DNA of 33,369 nucleotides from an uncultured Candidatus Saccharibacteria bacterium (GTDB lineage Bacteria; Patescibacteriota; Minisyncoccia; Phycocordibacterales; Phycocordibacteraceae): NCBI GenBank assembly GCA_964590695.1, contig CAZPXA010000003.1, positions 2,628 to 35,996 of the forward strand, read 5' to 3'. Shown piece by piece: positions 23,976 to 32,841 of this stretch (position 1 is its first letter; each line of letters starts with the position of its first letter). The notes under the pieces were generated by a model. It saw only the letters and a program-made list of their open reading frames with translations, ran no database searches and was not told where the DNA came from. The position numbers and the translations under genes were made by a program.

Positions 23976-25754
23976 ATGGGCAGAATGAAAGAATTTTTAA
24001 AGGGTCACCGTCCCATTGTAGCGCTCATAGGGACCGTGCTGGTACTTGCGACTTTTCCTGTTCTGGCTATATATCTGGTGATCGGAAATGCGTGGCAAGG
24101 CATTCCGCCCGCGTTCACGGACGAGGGCTTTTATTACGCGCGCGTACAAACGATACTGCATGGACACCCGACTGAAGGCAATCCGTATTTTCTTGAACAC
24201 AGTGACGGTCCGCCGCTCGTCATCTTCGGGGGAACATGGTTGAATGCGATTCCTCAATTGGCGGGCCTCTCGCTCAATGTTGCGTTGCTGGTTAATTTCA
24301 TTGTCTGGAGCCTGTTATTTGCAGCATCCCTCTACTGGCTGTTTCGAGAATTGCGCGTTCCATCGTGGATAGCCGTGTCCGGTACCGTTTTTGTCTATGT
24401 ACAGTCATATGCACACGTGTGGAGGGCGGTCAATCTCCAGACAGTATACCCCCTTTATTTTTTATTCTACGTTGCGCTTGCACGCATTATCCGCGAGCAA
24501 AGCCGCAAGAACGTCATACTTCTCGCTCTTACCACCGGTGCGGCATTCTATCTCTTTGCTTATTTATGGCAAGTCATCGTTATCACGCTGGGTATCCTCT
24601 TCTTGTATGCGCTTGTTCAGAAGAATTGGCCGCTCTTGAAGGCGGCACTGCTTTCCTTGTTCATCGGCGGCGTCATCGGACTCCCTGTACCGCTTTACGC
24701 ACTCTGGCTTTCCCGCGCATCGCCGTATTTCTGGGAAAGTGTCGGCCGTCTCGGGCTTGTCGATACGCACTTGCCCATGGCCGAGGTCATCTATTCGGGC
24801 GGATGGATTGGCGTCGCGCTCATCGTACTCGCGGTACTCTATTCGCGCATCCCTGCGTTCCGAGAGGATAAGGAGTTCACCCTGCTCGGTCTGTTTCTTG
24901 CGATCGGCGGGCTTGGTCTCTGGGTCATGCAGGGGAGCAACTTCATCACTGGTAAATTATTGGAAACTGGTGAACACATTCGGTTGCTCATTCTGCCCTG
25001 GCTCGTATTCTTCACAGTCAGCGTCGGAGTATTTTTATGGAAGCGCCGCACACAGCTATCGGGAAAACTGAAAGCATTTTCAGTTACTGCAATCGTTCTG
25101 TTGTCGGCAGTGAACCTGTATTTCATCCATTATTATTCTTTTCCGTTTTTTAATGTGGAAACAAAGCGTGAATCCTGGCTGACTATACAGTCGTATGCAA
25201 AACCCTTTGCGTGGCTTGAACGTGAGGAAAAAAATTCGGTCGTAGTGTGGAGCGACCCATACGATGGTTTTGCATCCAGTCTCCCTGTTTACACTAAACA
25301 CTTTGTTCTGTACGCCTGGTCCGGCATGATGGAGCTGGTGCCTGAAGATGAGGTCCGCGAACGGTATCTCATTTCGCAATATTTTGATAACCCAATGGCT
25401 ACAGACCTTAAAAATATCAATAACATGAAGCTCTATCTTGGGCGTCGTGACATGCCCCACCAAGCAAAAACCATTGAACGCGGAATCAAAATCTGTCGGA
25501 TACTATTCTTCTTCAATAAGAACAAAGACTGCGGTACGCCGCCTTCGCCGCAGAGCCTGCTTGGCGATAAGTTCTTCGAAGACCTTGAAAACAAGTTCCA
25601 AACCGATATAAAGCCAAGCATTAAAGCGTATCTCAAGAAATACCACGTCTCGTATATTCTCAAAGATAAGGTCCTGGACCCGCAGTATCATCCGGAAATT
25701 CTTGGGGCAGTACGCGTATACTCTGACGACCGCTATGAAATCTGGCATATCTAA
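23976..25754 (+). CDS. Large polytopic membrane protein with a ~200-aa soluble C-terminal domain, putative GT-C fold glycosyltransferase, copy 2
   Basis: ATG 23976 (MGRMKEFL...; ATG 23985 is an alternative). About 12 hydrophobic helices. The first loop carries PPAFTDEGFYYARV, which shares TDEG with the other GT-C gene. Family assignment is tentative. The tracked start at 23601 is antisense to the GT2 CDS. Confidence 0.5.
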   Translation: MGRMKEFLKGHRPIVALIGTVLVLATFPVLAIYLVIGNAWQGIPPAFTDEGFYYARVQTILHGHPTEGNPYFLEHSDGPPLVIFGGTWLNAIPQLAGLSLNVALLVNFIVWSLLFAASLYWLFRELRVPSWIAVSGTVFVYVQSYAHVWRAVNLQTVYPLYFLFYVALARIIREQSRKNVILLALTTGAAFYLFAYLWQVIVITLGILFLYALVQKNWPLLKAALLSLFIGGVIGLPVPLYALWLSRASPYFWESVGRLGLVDTHLPMAEVIYSGGWIGVALIVLAVLYSRIPAFREDKEFTLLGLFLAIGGLGLWVMQGSNFITGKLLETGEHIRLLILPWLVFFTVSVGVFLWKRRTQLSGKLKAFSVTAIVLLSAVNLYFIHYYSFPFFNVETKRESWLTIQSYAKPFAWLEREEKNSVVVWSDPYDGFASSLPVYTKHFVLYAWSGMMELVPEDEVRERYLISQYFDNPMATDLKNINNMKLYLGRRDMPHQAKTIERGIKICRILFFFNKNKDCGTPPSPQSLLGDKFFEDLENKFQTDIKPSIKAYLKKYHVSYILKDKVLDPQYHPEILGAVRVYSDDRYEIWHI

Positions 25755-26430
25755 GAACGCGGTGTTCGTCGGTGACGACCCACAACGCATCTACCGTGCA
25801 CGCTTCAAAGGGAAACTTGCCTACAGGGACAAAGTGTGGAGCGTACTGAGCAGAGATTACTTCCAATGCTATATTCGCCCAGGAGGCGCTGTGCTGGATT
25901 TGGGAGCTGGATATGGCGAGTTTATTAACCACATTGTGTGCGGTAAGAAGTATGCAATGGATTTGAATTCAGACACCGCTTCGCGGGTAGATTCTGATGT
26001 CGAGATGTTCTCGCAGGATTGTTCGAAACCGTGGCCGTTACCAGACAACAGTTTGGACGCCGTCTTCACGAGTAATTTTTTTGAGCATCTTCCGGATAAG
26101 CAAGCGCTCACGCGTACTCTGGGAGAAGCGAGACGCTGTCTGAAGCCAGACGGACGGCTCATCGCGATGGGACCGAATATTAAATATGTTCCCGGCACGT
26201 ACTGGGATTTCTGGGACCACCACGTGCCACTGACCGAACAGTCGCTCGCGGAGGCGTTGACGCTTGGCGGATTCCGCATAGAAAAGTGCATTGATAAATT
26301 CTTACCCTTTACGATGACGAATGGACCGCAATATCCAATCTTTTTTCTCGCCGCATACTTGCGGTTCCCGCTCGCGTGGCGCATCTTCGGGAAGCAATTT
26401 CTCGTTATAGGGAAAAAGAATGGCGTATGA
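25735..26430 (+). CDS. Class I SAM-dependent methyltransferase
   Basis: Motif I VLDLGAGYGEFINH and post-I/II blocks AVFTSNFFEHL and RCLKPDGRLIAMGPN. ATG 25735 is preferred over the tracked TTG 25702. It overlaps the upstream CDS by 20 nt. Confidence 0.8.
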   Translation: MKSGISKNAVFVGDDPQRIYRARFKGKLAYRDKVWSVLSRDYFQCYIRPGGAVLDLGAGYGEFINHIVCGKKYAMDLNSDTASRVDSDVEMFSQDCSKPWPLPDNSLDAVFTSNFFEHLPDKQALTRTLGEARRCLKPDGRLIAMGPNIKYVPGTYWDFWDHHVPLTEQSLAEALTLGGFRIEKCIDKFLPFTMTNGPQYPIFFLAAYLRFPLAWRIFGKQFLVIGKKNGV

Positions 26431-27551
26431 AAATGTATTATGTCGCGAATGCCCGCATGCCAAGCCACAAGGCATATGGCATACAGTTGGCAAAAATGTG
26501 CGAGGCGTTTATTGAACAAGGAATTGGGCTGGAACTTTGTATCCCTAAAACGCTTCAGGCACATATTCCACTGCGAGAATTTTACGGTTTGAGAGTTGAT
26601 GTTCCAACCCGGACATTTGCAAGCCTCGACTTGTATGACCGAGGCCGCGTCGGGTTTATACTCAGTTCTATAGTTTTTATGGCGTCGGTTTATTTGTATC
26701 TCTTGCGCCGCCAACATTCTGCGCTCATATACACGATAGACATGGATTCGCATTCGTTCGCTCCCTTAGCGCTTCTTAACGCTCCCATTGCAGTTGAAAT
26801 GCATTCGCCTAAAACAGCGGGCATCCTTACGCGGTTATTCTTTAAGAGGACGAAGCACATTATCACAACCAATCCGCTTATTAAAGATAAGCTTGCGAGC
26901 GTTTTTAATCTTAAACCCGAATATTTTATCGTAGAGCCAAACGGCGTCGACCCGAGCGCATTTGAAGTTCTCACAAAACAAGAGGCGAGGAAAGTACTGG
27001 GACTTCCCGCAGAGGCGAACATTGTTCTCTACGTCGGACGATTTTACGACTGGAAAGGGATGCCGGTGCTCCAAAAGGCCGCCGTAGATCTAGAAAAAAA
27101 CGGGATTCTCACGTATCTCGTCGGCGGCACTCAAGAAGAATTTGGGCGGAGAACAGGCGGGTCCTCCCTGTCTCTGCGCTTTGGAGGGTCCGTTGACCAT
27201 ACGAACATCGCAATGTGGTATGCTGCCGCAGACGTACTGCTTGTTCTCGGGACGCGCGCGAACGAGTTTTCATACCGCTATACTGCGCCAATGAAACTCT
27301 TCGAATATCTTGCATCGGGGCGGCCCGTTGTCGCCGCAGACACGCCGGCGCTCCGTTCATTGGTGTCTGAGCGTGAAGCGGAGTTCTACGTTCCAGACGA
27401 TGCCCGTTCGCTTGCCCAAGCGATACTCAAGGTGTACGAAAATCCTAAGGCAGAAGCAAAGATACGGGCCGGCTGCGCATCTGCGGCAGAGCACACCTGG
27501 CGCAAGCGCGCCGAGCGGATTCTTGCATTTATGCAGTCTTCGGATGTGTAA
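26427..27551 (+). CDS. Glycosyltransferase family 4 (GT-B)
   Basis: ATGA overlap at 26427-26430. N-terminus MKMYYVANARMPSHKAYGIQLAKMCEAF. C-domain motif APMKLFEYLASGRPVVAADTPALRSLV. Confidence 0.8.
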   Translation: MKMYYVANARMPSHKAYGIQLAKMCEAFIEQGIGLELCIPKTLQAHIPLREFYGLRVDVPTRTFASLDLYDRGRVGFILSSIVFMASVYLYLLRRQHSALIYTIDMDSHSFAPLALLNAPIAVEMHSPKTAGILTRLFFKRTKHIITTNPLIKDKLASVFNLKPEYFIVEPNGVDPSAFEVLTKQEARKVLGLPAEANIVLYVGRFYDWKGMPVLQKAAVDLEKNGILTYLVGGTQEEFGRRTGGSSLSLRFGGSVDHTNIAMWYAAADVLLVLGTRANEFSYRYTAPMKLFEYLASGRPVVAADTPALRSLVSEREAEFYVPDDARSLAQAILKVYENPKAEAKIRAGCASAAEHTWRKRAERILAFMQSSDV

Positions 27552-27557
27552 TGGCCT

Positions 27558-28844
27558 ATGAGCATTAAAACTTTTTTTGAACGGCAAATTATGCACGTAC
27601 GGAAAGATGGGCATGCCGCATTCTTCAATAAAATGAAACGATTGCCTTCGTATCTTTTGACCGTCCCTTTCATAATCATAATTCGCCTCATCAGGCCTGT
27701 ATTGCTCGTGCGATTTGGCAAGATGGGGAGCGAGCGTATTGGTCACTTTACTCTCAATACAGAATGGTACCTGTGCGAGCGAGATGCAGGCATTAACGTG
27801 CCTCAATCACGGTATGTAGACATATTTTTTATGGGGTCGCCAGTCAGTAATATGCAACTGGCAAAAATGTGGAAACGGATCCTCCGCGTGTGGCCCGCAT
27901 GGCTCTTGACCCCTCTCTTCGACGTCAATAGGATGATTCCTGGCGGAACAGCCCATGATGTGGGTATCAATGCTCCGCATAAGGGTCCGGACGTGCACGG
28001 TCTGCAGGGCAGATTCTTGCCGCATCTTAAATTTTCTCCTGAAGAAGAAATGCGCGGTGAAGCAGGATTGCGGTTGCTGGGCATTCCGCCGCGCACCCCG
28101 TTTGTTTGTCTGGCTGTTCGGGATGGCGCCTATCTAGATGCCCACTTGCCGGAAGCGAACTGGAGCTACCACAACTACCGCGATAGCGACATTCAGAATT
28201 ATGTGCTCGCAGCCGAAGAGCTTGTCCGTCGCGGTTATTTTGTAATCCGGATGGGCGCTAAGGTTCGCGAGGCCATAAAAAGCAGCCATCCGAGGATTAT
28301 TGACTATGCCACCAACGGCATGCGGAGTGACTTCATGGATATATATTTGGGCGCGACGTGCGAGTTTTGCCTTTCGTCGGCAGCAGGGTTCGACTGTATA
28401 CCGGGCATATTTCGCCGCCCGATTGCCTATGTGAATATGGTTCCGCTAGGGCACCTCCAGACCTACTGGGCACGGTCTATCGGCATTACAAAGCATCACT
28501 TCGCGGTGCGTGAGAATCGGGAACTGACACTGGAGGACATATTTGCATGTGGCGCGGGATTCTACGGTCGTGCCTCACAATATAAGGACAGCGGCATTCA
28601 GCTTATTGAGAACACCCCTGAAGAAATCCGCGATGTCGCTGTCGAAATAGCAGAGCGCCTCCATGGCACGTGGCAACCTCATGCCGATGATGATTTATTG
28701 CAGGCGCGTTTCTGGCAAATTTTTCCAATCGATGCAAGAACGCCGGACGGTAAGCACCCGCTCCATGGGAAAATCTATATGCGTTATGGGGCGTTCTTTT
28801 TGCGAAATAACCGTTGGTGGCTGGAAACATCCCGGAAAAGCTGA
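27558..28844 (+). CDS. Putative glycosyltransferase, TIGR04372-like (tentative)
   Basis: 428 aa. N-terminal pattern IRLIRPVLLVRFGKMGSERIGHFTLNTEWYLCE resembles what I recall of the TIGR04372 family found in polysaccharide loci. It has no classical GT-A/GT-B motif that I can name. Confidence 0.4.
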   Translation: MSIKTFFERQIMHVRKDGHAAFFNKMKRLPSYLLTVPFIIIIRLIRPVLLVRFGKMGSERIGHFTLNTEWYLCERDAGINVPQSRYVDIFFMGSPVSNMQLAKMWKRILRVWPAWLLTPLFDVNRMIPGGTAHDVGINAPHKGPDVHGLQGRFLPHLKFSPEEEMRGEAGLRLLGIPPRTPFVCLAVRDGAYLDAHLPEANWSYHNYRDSDIQNYVLAAEELVRRGYFVIRMGAKVREAIKSSHPRIIDYATNGMRSDFMDIYLGATCEFCLSSAAGFDCIPGIFRRPIAYVNMVPLGHLQTYWARSIGITKHHFAVRENRELTLEDIFACGAGFYGRASQYKDSGIQLIENTPEEIRDVAVEIAERLHGTWQPHADDDLLQARFWQIFPIDARTPDGKHPLHGKIYMRYGAFFLRNNRWWLETSRKS

Positions 28845-28845
28845 T

Positions 28846-29865
28846 ATGAAAATAGAAAAGGCACTTACATTCCGCGCTTCCTCGATTGGCGATTGTTTGA
28901 TGGGGAAGTATCTGCTGGAGAATATCCATGTAGAATCGCCGCATGCGCGCCTTGGTGTTGTTGTGGCAAGCCGCGGAGCAATGATACGTGATTTGTTTGC
29001 CGCGTATCCGTGGCTCCACGTTATTGAGGCAAATCGGCGGAACCCAAAATCAGTCTTTTCGCTCTGGCAGGATTTTCACGGGAGCGATTTGGTTGTCACA
29101 CAATATTCCGGGAAAAAAGGCGGGAGATTCGGCTTGGCGAGTAAACTTGCCGCGCGGATTCTTGCGAAAGGCGGAGGGCTCATCGGCTTTGCTGACACTT
29201 CGCGGTGGAACAGCATACTCTACGACCGGCTTTTACCCGTACGTTCTGGCGTTGCCGTTGTCGAACGTGAGCGCGAGGCGTTGAAAGCCGCCAAGGTGCA
29301 ATTGTTTTTCCCGTTCCCAACGTTGAAATGCGTGCGGAATGACACGGTGTGCGCCAAGTTTCATCTGGAAGCGGGAAAGTATATCGTCGCCCATTTCTTT
29401 GCGGGAAGTTCAGGTCGCGGTATGAATCCGAAAAGGTGCCGAAAACTGCTTACGGCGCTCAGACACGCACTCCCCAAAGATATGTCTATAGTCGTGAGTG
29501 GTGCACAAGCGGACAGGGAACCCGCGCTCGCTATCGCTCGCGGTATAGACGCGAAGGTCATTGCAGGAGAAGCGACGCTACAGGACATGATGAATCTCAT
29601 ACAACAAGGCCGTGCTGTGATAAGCGTTGATACCGGAATGGCTCATATTACCGCACAGCTCGGCAAACCGCTCATAGTCATGACGACGTGTCTCGGGCGC
29701 AATTGGTGGTTTCCGGAGCAGTACGGAGAAAGCGCACCCATCACGGTTTTTTCCCGTGATGACCTCTGTATCTCGGGTCACACCTATACAAATTACCCCG
29801 CATGTCTTGATATGGTATCTATAGAGGAAGTGACGAAAGTTGTTAAGAAGATGCTGGCGTTGTAA
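28846..29865 (+). CDS. Glycosyltransferase family 9 (heptosyltransferase-like)
   Basis: ATG 28846 lies 1 nt after the upstream stop. N-terminal FRASSIGDCLMGKYLLENI. C-domain LQDMMNLIQQGRAVISVDTGMAHITAQLGKPLIVM matches the GT9 pattern (...DSGxMHLAAALGxP...). Confidence 0.78.
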   Translation: MKIEKALTFRASSIGDCLMGKYLLENIHVESPHARLGVVVASRGAMIRDLFAAYPWLHVIEANRRNPKSVFSLWQDFHGSDLVVTQYSGKKGGRFGLASKLAARILAKGGGLIGFADTSRWNSILYDRLLPVRSGVAVVEREREALKAAKVQLFFPFPTLKCVRNDTVCAKFHLEAGKYIVAHFFAGSSGRGMNPKRCRKLLTALRHALPKDMSIVVSGAQADREPALAIARGIDAKVIAGEATLQDMMNLIQQGRAVISVDTGMAHITAQLGKPLIVMTTCLGRNWWFPEQYGESAPITVFSRDDLCISGHTYTNYPACLDMVSIEEVTKVVKKMLAL

Positions 29866-29925
29866 CACATACAGTGCTTCACTTTCGGTGAAGTTGATTA
29901 ACTCGTTGTCAAAGGATACCATTCC

Positions 29926-30951
29926 ATGATGCAAGGGTTTGGCAAGACGACCGTACTCGTGTTCGGCGGAGCTGGATTTATCGGCTCCAATTTCATTCGG
30001 TATATGCTGTCCGCAGCGCCAAAAGTACGGGTTGTCTGCGTTGATGCTCTTACGTATGCGGGGAATAGGGAAAATATACATGGACTTCCTGCAGGGCGTT
30101 TCACTTTTATAAAAGGAGATATTATTGATAGCGCACACATGAAGCGGATTTTCGCAAGACACAAGGCATCCTACGCGATTAATTTTGCCGCGGAGTCGCA
30201 CGTAGACCGGAGTATCCATGCGGGAGTCGAATCGTTTATTCAAACAAACGTACTTGGCGCGGCGGTACTGCTCGAGGCGCTCAAGCATACGCCGTCAGTC
30301 AAGAAATTTGTACAGGTAAGTACCGACGAAGTATATGGCAGCCTCCTGCTCGGCTCAAAGAAGAAATTTAGCGAACAATCGCCTTTAGCCCCAAATTCTC
30401 CTTATGCCGCATCTAAGGCGGCAGCGGACTTGATTGCGCGGTCTTTCCATTCAACCCATCGGTTGCCCGTCGTCATAACCCGCAGTTCTAACAACTATGG
30501 CCCCTACCAGCACCCGGAGAAATTTATTCCGTATTCAATAATGCGACTTATGAAAGGGAAACCGATAGCGATATACGGGGATGGGCGTTATGTGCGCGAT
30601 TGGATTCACGTTGAGGACCATTGCGCGGCTCTTGCCAGAACGCTCCTGAAGGGAATGCCGGGCGAGATATACAATGTTGGGGCACATGACGAAATAGACA
30701 ATCTCACGCTTGCAAAACGTATAGTTTCTTATTTTAAGAAAGATACATCGGCTATTGCTTTTGTGAAAGATAGACCCGGCCATGACCGCCGGTATGCCGT
30801 TGATGCCTCTAAGATTAAAAAAGAATTGGGATGGAAACCGACACGCTCATTTCGCGTATCATTCGAGCCGACTATCGCGTGGTATGTGCAGAATGAAGAT
30901 TGGGTGCGACGCGCACTTGCACGTGCGGGTACTGCTAATACGCACATATAA
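29926..30951 (+). CDS. rfbB: dTDP-glucose 4,6-dehydratase
   Basis: Motifs VLVFGGAGFIGSNF, DALTYAGNRENI, NFAAESHVDRSI, QVSTDEVYGS, SPYAASKAAAD, NNYGPYQHPEKFIP, RDWIHVEDHC and DRPGHDRRYAVD. Confidence 0.9.
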   Translation: MMQGFGKTTVLVFGGAGFIGSNFIRYMLSAAPKVRVVCVDALTYAGNRENIHGLPAGRFTFIKGDIIDSAHMKRIFARHKASYAINFAAESHVDRSIHAGVESFIQTNVLGAAVLLEALKHTPSVKKFVQVSTDEVYGSLLLGSKKKFSEQSPLAPNSPYAASKAAADLIARSFHSTHRLPVVITRSSNNYGPYQHPEKFIPYSIMRLMKGKPIAIYGDGRYVRDWIHVEDHCAALARTLLKGMPGEIYNVGAHDEIDNLTLAKRIVSYFKKDTSAIAFVKDRPGHDRRYAVDASKIKKELGWKPTRSFRVSFEPTIAWYVQNEDWVRRALARAGTANTHI

Positions 30952-30980
30952 AGGGCGTCGTTCTCCTTTTGTACAGCTTT

Positions 30981-31691
30981 TTACTTTCCAACTCCAACGA
31001 GCGTCAGGTGCCCGGATTTTCCGGCGTCTTTTTTTACAATACGGAATTTTGACGTAATATCGCGTTCAAGACCTTCCATATCCTTTCCCGCAATGTTATG
31101 TATCTCAATCGCAAGATACGAGGTCTTTGGGATTTCCCTAATCAAATACTCTGCTCCTTCCGCATCAAACTTCAAGACATCTATGTGAGGGAACTTTGAA
31201 AGGGGAATCGTATCAACCGTTTTCATTTCTGCTCCTACGGTCGCATCAACAATAGAATGGGCGACACTCGATGGTGACGTATACAAAGGCGTTGAACCGT
31301 ATTCTCCCGCAACCGCAACATTCATCGGAATGATGTTGGTAAGGTTGTTCAAGGCTATATTCTGCAGCAGTGCTCGATAGTTTTCAGCATCCGGTTCTAT
31401 TGCATAGACGGTCGCATGAGGGAAACGGTGCGCCGCAAGGACGGAGAAAATGCCGATATGCGCGCCGACGTCCACAATGACGGAGGGATTTTTAATTTCA
31501 GACATGCGGTACATATCCCCGCTTACCATATCCATTAAAGTCGTGTAATCGTCAGAACGTATATCCCGGATAAGAATCTTTGCGCCGTCCCGGAGTCGTG
31601 CAACCACGTTGTGGCGAGCGCGGTTAAAAGGAGGAATGAATCTCCACCAGTTTTCGAATGTCTGAAATCTTTTGCGGAATTCCCTATACAT
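30981..31691 (-). CDS. FkbM-family methyltransferase
   Basis: Motifs VIVDVGAHIGIFSVLAA, VYAIEPDAENYRALLQNI and IDVLKFDAEGAEYLI. Confidence 0.8.
   Translation of the reverse strand: MYREFRKRFQTFENWWRFIPPFNRARHNVVARLRDGAKILIRDIRSDDYTTLMDMVSGDMYRMSEIKNPSVIVDVGAHIGIFSVLAAHRFPHATVYAIEPDAENYRALLQNIALNNLTNIIPMNVAVAGEYGSTPLYTSPSSVAHSIVDATVGAEMKTVDTIPLSKFPHIDVLKFDAEGAEYLIREIPKTSYLAIEIHNIAGKDMEGLERDITSKFRIVKKDAGKSGHLTLVGVGK
31685..31690 (+). promoter_or_regulatory. -10-like hexamer TATACA, 6 nt before the GT4 ATG at 31697
   Basis: The plus strand reads ...ttcccTATACAtgtggtATGCAG. The spacing is the same N6 as at the three extended -10 boxes, but there is no TG extension. The hexamer lies inside the divergent FkbM CDS. 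Confidence 0.25.
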
Positions 31692-31696
31692 GTGGT

Positions 31697-32785
31697 ATGC
31701 AGTATACTACCCTTACGAAAATAGGGACTATCCATTTCTACACGTTCAGCGACGCACAGAGCGCGTCTTCCCGTCCACGAGCATTTTGCGTGGCGGATGA
31801 ATTGCGGGCGCGAGGGCTAAACGCCGTCATCCATACTCCGCCAGTGCTTCTCATCTCCCGCACGCGATGGCCCAAAAAATTGCTGTTGATTGCAGAAGTT
31901 ATCCGTTCGCTTTTCTCAATCAAGAAGGGAGATATTGTCTATCTCCAGCGGACCATAGCGAACAAATACTTTTTTGTCATCATGGTCGTGTATCTCTTTC
32001 TCTCCAGACGGAAGATGATATTTGATATTGATGACCCGGTCTATGTCCACAGTTTTTTCAAGACAAAAGTATTGGTGCGCATGGCTGACGTGGTGATTGT
32101 ATCAAGCCATGCCCAAGCAAAATGGGCAAAACAGTTTAATGACAACGTGCACTTCATCCATATTACTGTCAGTTTTTCCCTGTACAAAAGATTCACAAAA
32201 CAGTATTCAAACAGCAGTAAGCCCATTGTCATCGGATGGATTGGAATGGCTCCCAATCATATTTCTAATTTAGAAATCCTCGTCCCTGTTTTTAGGAAGC
32301 TGTGCAGGGAAACAAAGATTCCTTTCAAATTTGTCCTCATAGGAGCCGTTTATAACAAGGAGGTGTACAACATGTTGCAACATATCCCCGGCCAAACGAT
32401 TGAATTTGTAGATTGGACTAATCCTGAAAATGTACCTCGGGAAATCCAAAAGTTTGACATCGGCGTTATTCCGAACAGACTTGAAGGCGAATGGAATAAG
32501 GACAAACAATCGTTCAAGCTCATTGAATATATGGCGTGCGGAATTGCAACGGTTGCAAGCGGATTTGGAGAAGTGCCGTATATCATAGAGGATGGCGTGA
32601 ACGGGTATCTCGCGAATAATGAAGAAGAGTGGGTGGAAAAGCTGCAAAAACTCCTTTCCGACCCGGCTATGCAGGCGCGGCTCGGCCGCGCGGCACAAGA
32701 GCGGATGCGGGAAGAATACTGCTTTGAGGCCGTCATCCCCCGCATGATACAGTTGATCAATCCGTTATTAGAAGATAGGGCGTGA
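31697..32785 (+). CDS. GT-B glycosyltransferase (GT4/GT1-like)
   Basis: C-domain motif QSFKLIEYMACGIATVASGFGEVPYIIEDGVNGYL. ATG 31697 lies 5 nt from the divergent FkbM start. The tracked ATG 31658 would overlap that gene. Confidence 0.75.
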   Translation: MQYTTLTKIGTIHFYTFSDAQSASSRPRAFCVADELRARGLNAVIHTPPVLLISRTRWPKKLLLIAEVIRSLFSIKKGDIVYLQRTIANKYFFVIMVVYLFLSRRKMIFDIDDPVYVHSFFKTKVLVRMADVVIVSSHAQAKWAKQFNDNVHFIHITVSFSLYKRFTKQYSNSSKPIVIGWIGMAPNHISNLEILVPVFRKLCRETKIPFKFVLIGAVYNKEVYNMLQHIPGQTIEFVDWTNPENVPREIQKFDIGVIPNRLEGEWNKDKQSFKLIEYMACGIATVASGFGEVPYIIEDGVNGYLANNEEEWVEKLQKLLSDPAMQARLGRAAQERMREEYCFEAVIPRMIQLINPLLEDRA

Positions 32786-32806
32786 CCTTTTACGTTTAAA
32801 TACGGC

Positions 32807-32820
32807 TTTGTAATTACAAA
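32807..32820. repeat. 14-bp perfect AT-rich palindrome TTTGTAATTACAAA in a convergent intergenic spacer
   Basis: The reverse complement is identical to the sequence. It sits in the middle of the 56-bp gap between convergent stops at 32785 and 32842. Confidence 0.85.
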
Positions 32821-32841
32821 ATTTGAATGGGGATACAATCT

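Noticed and set aside
25869..26753. 294-aa minus-strand ORF.
   Set aside because: It is antisense to both the SAM methyltransferase and the following GT4, and it crosses their ATGA junction. It has no recognisable domain. Both sense genes have strong motifs.
29877..29893. Hairpin CTTCAC-tttcg-GTGAAG in the 60-bp gap before rfbB, as a possible intrinsic terminator.
   Set aside because: The stem is only 6 bp and no T-tract follows (the next bases are ttgatta). At best it is a weak pause or processing structure.
29578..30288. 236-aa minus-strand ORF across the GT9/rfbB junction.
   Set aside because: It is antisense to two well-supported genes and the 60-bp spacer between them. It has no motifs.
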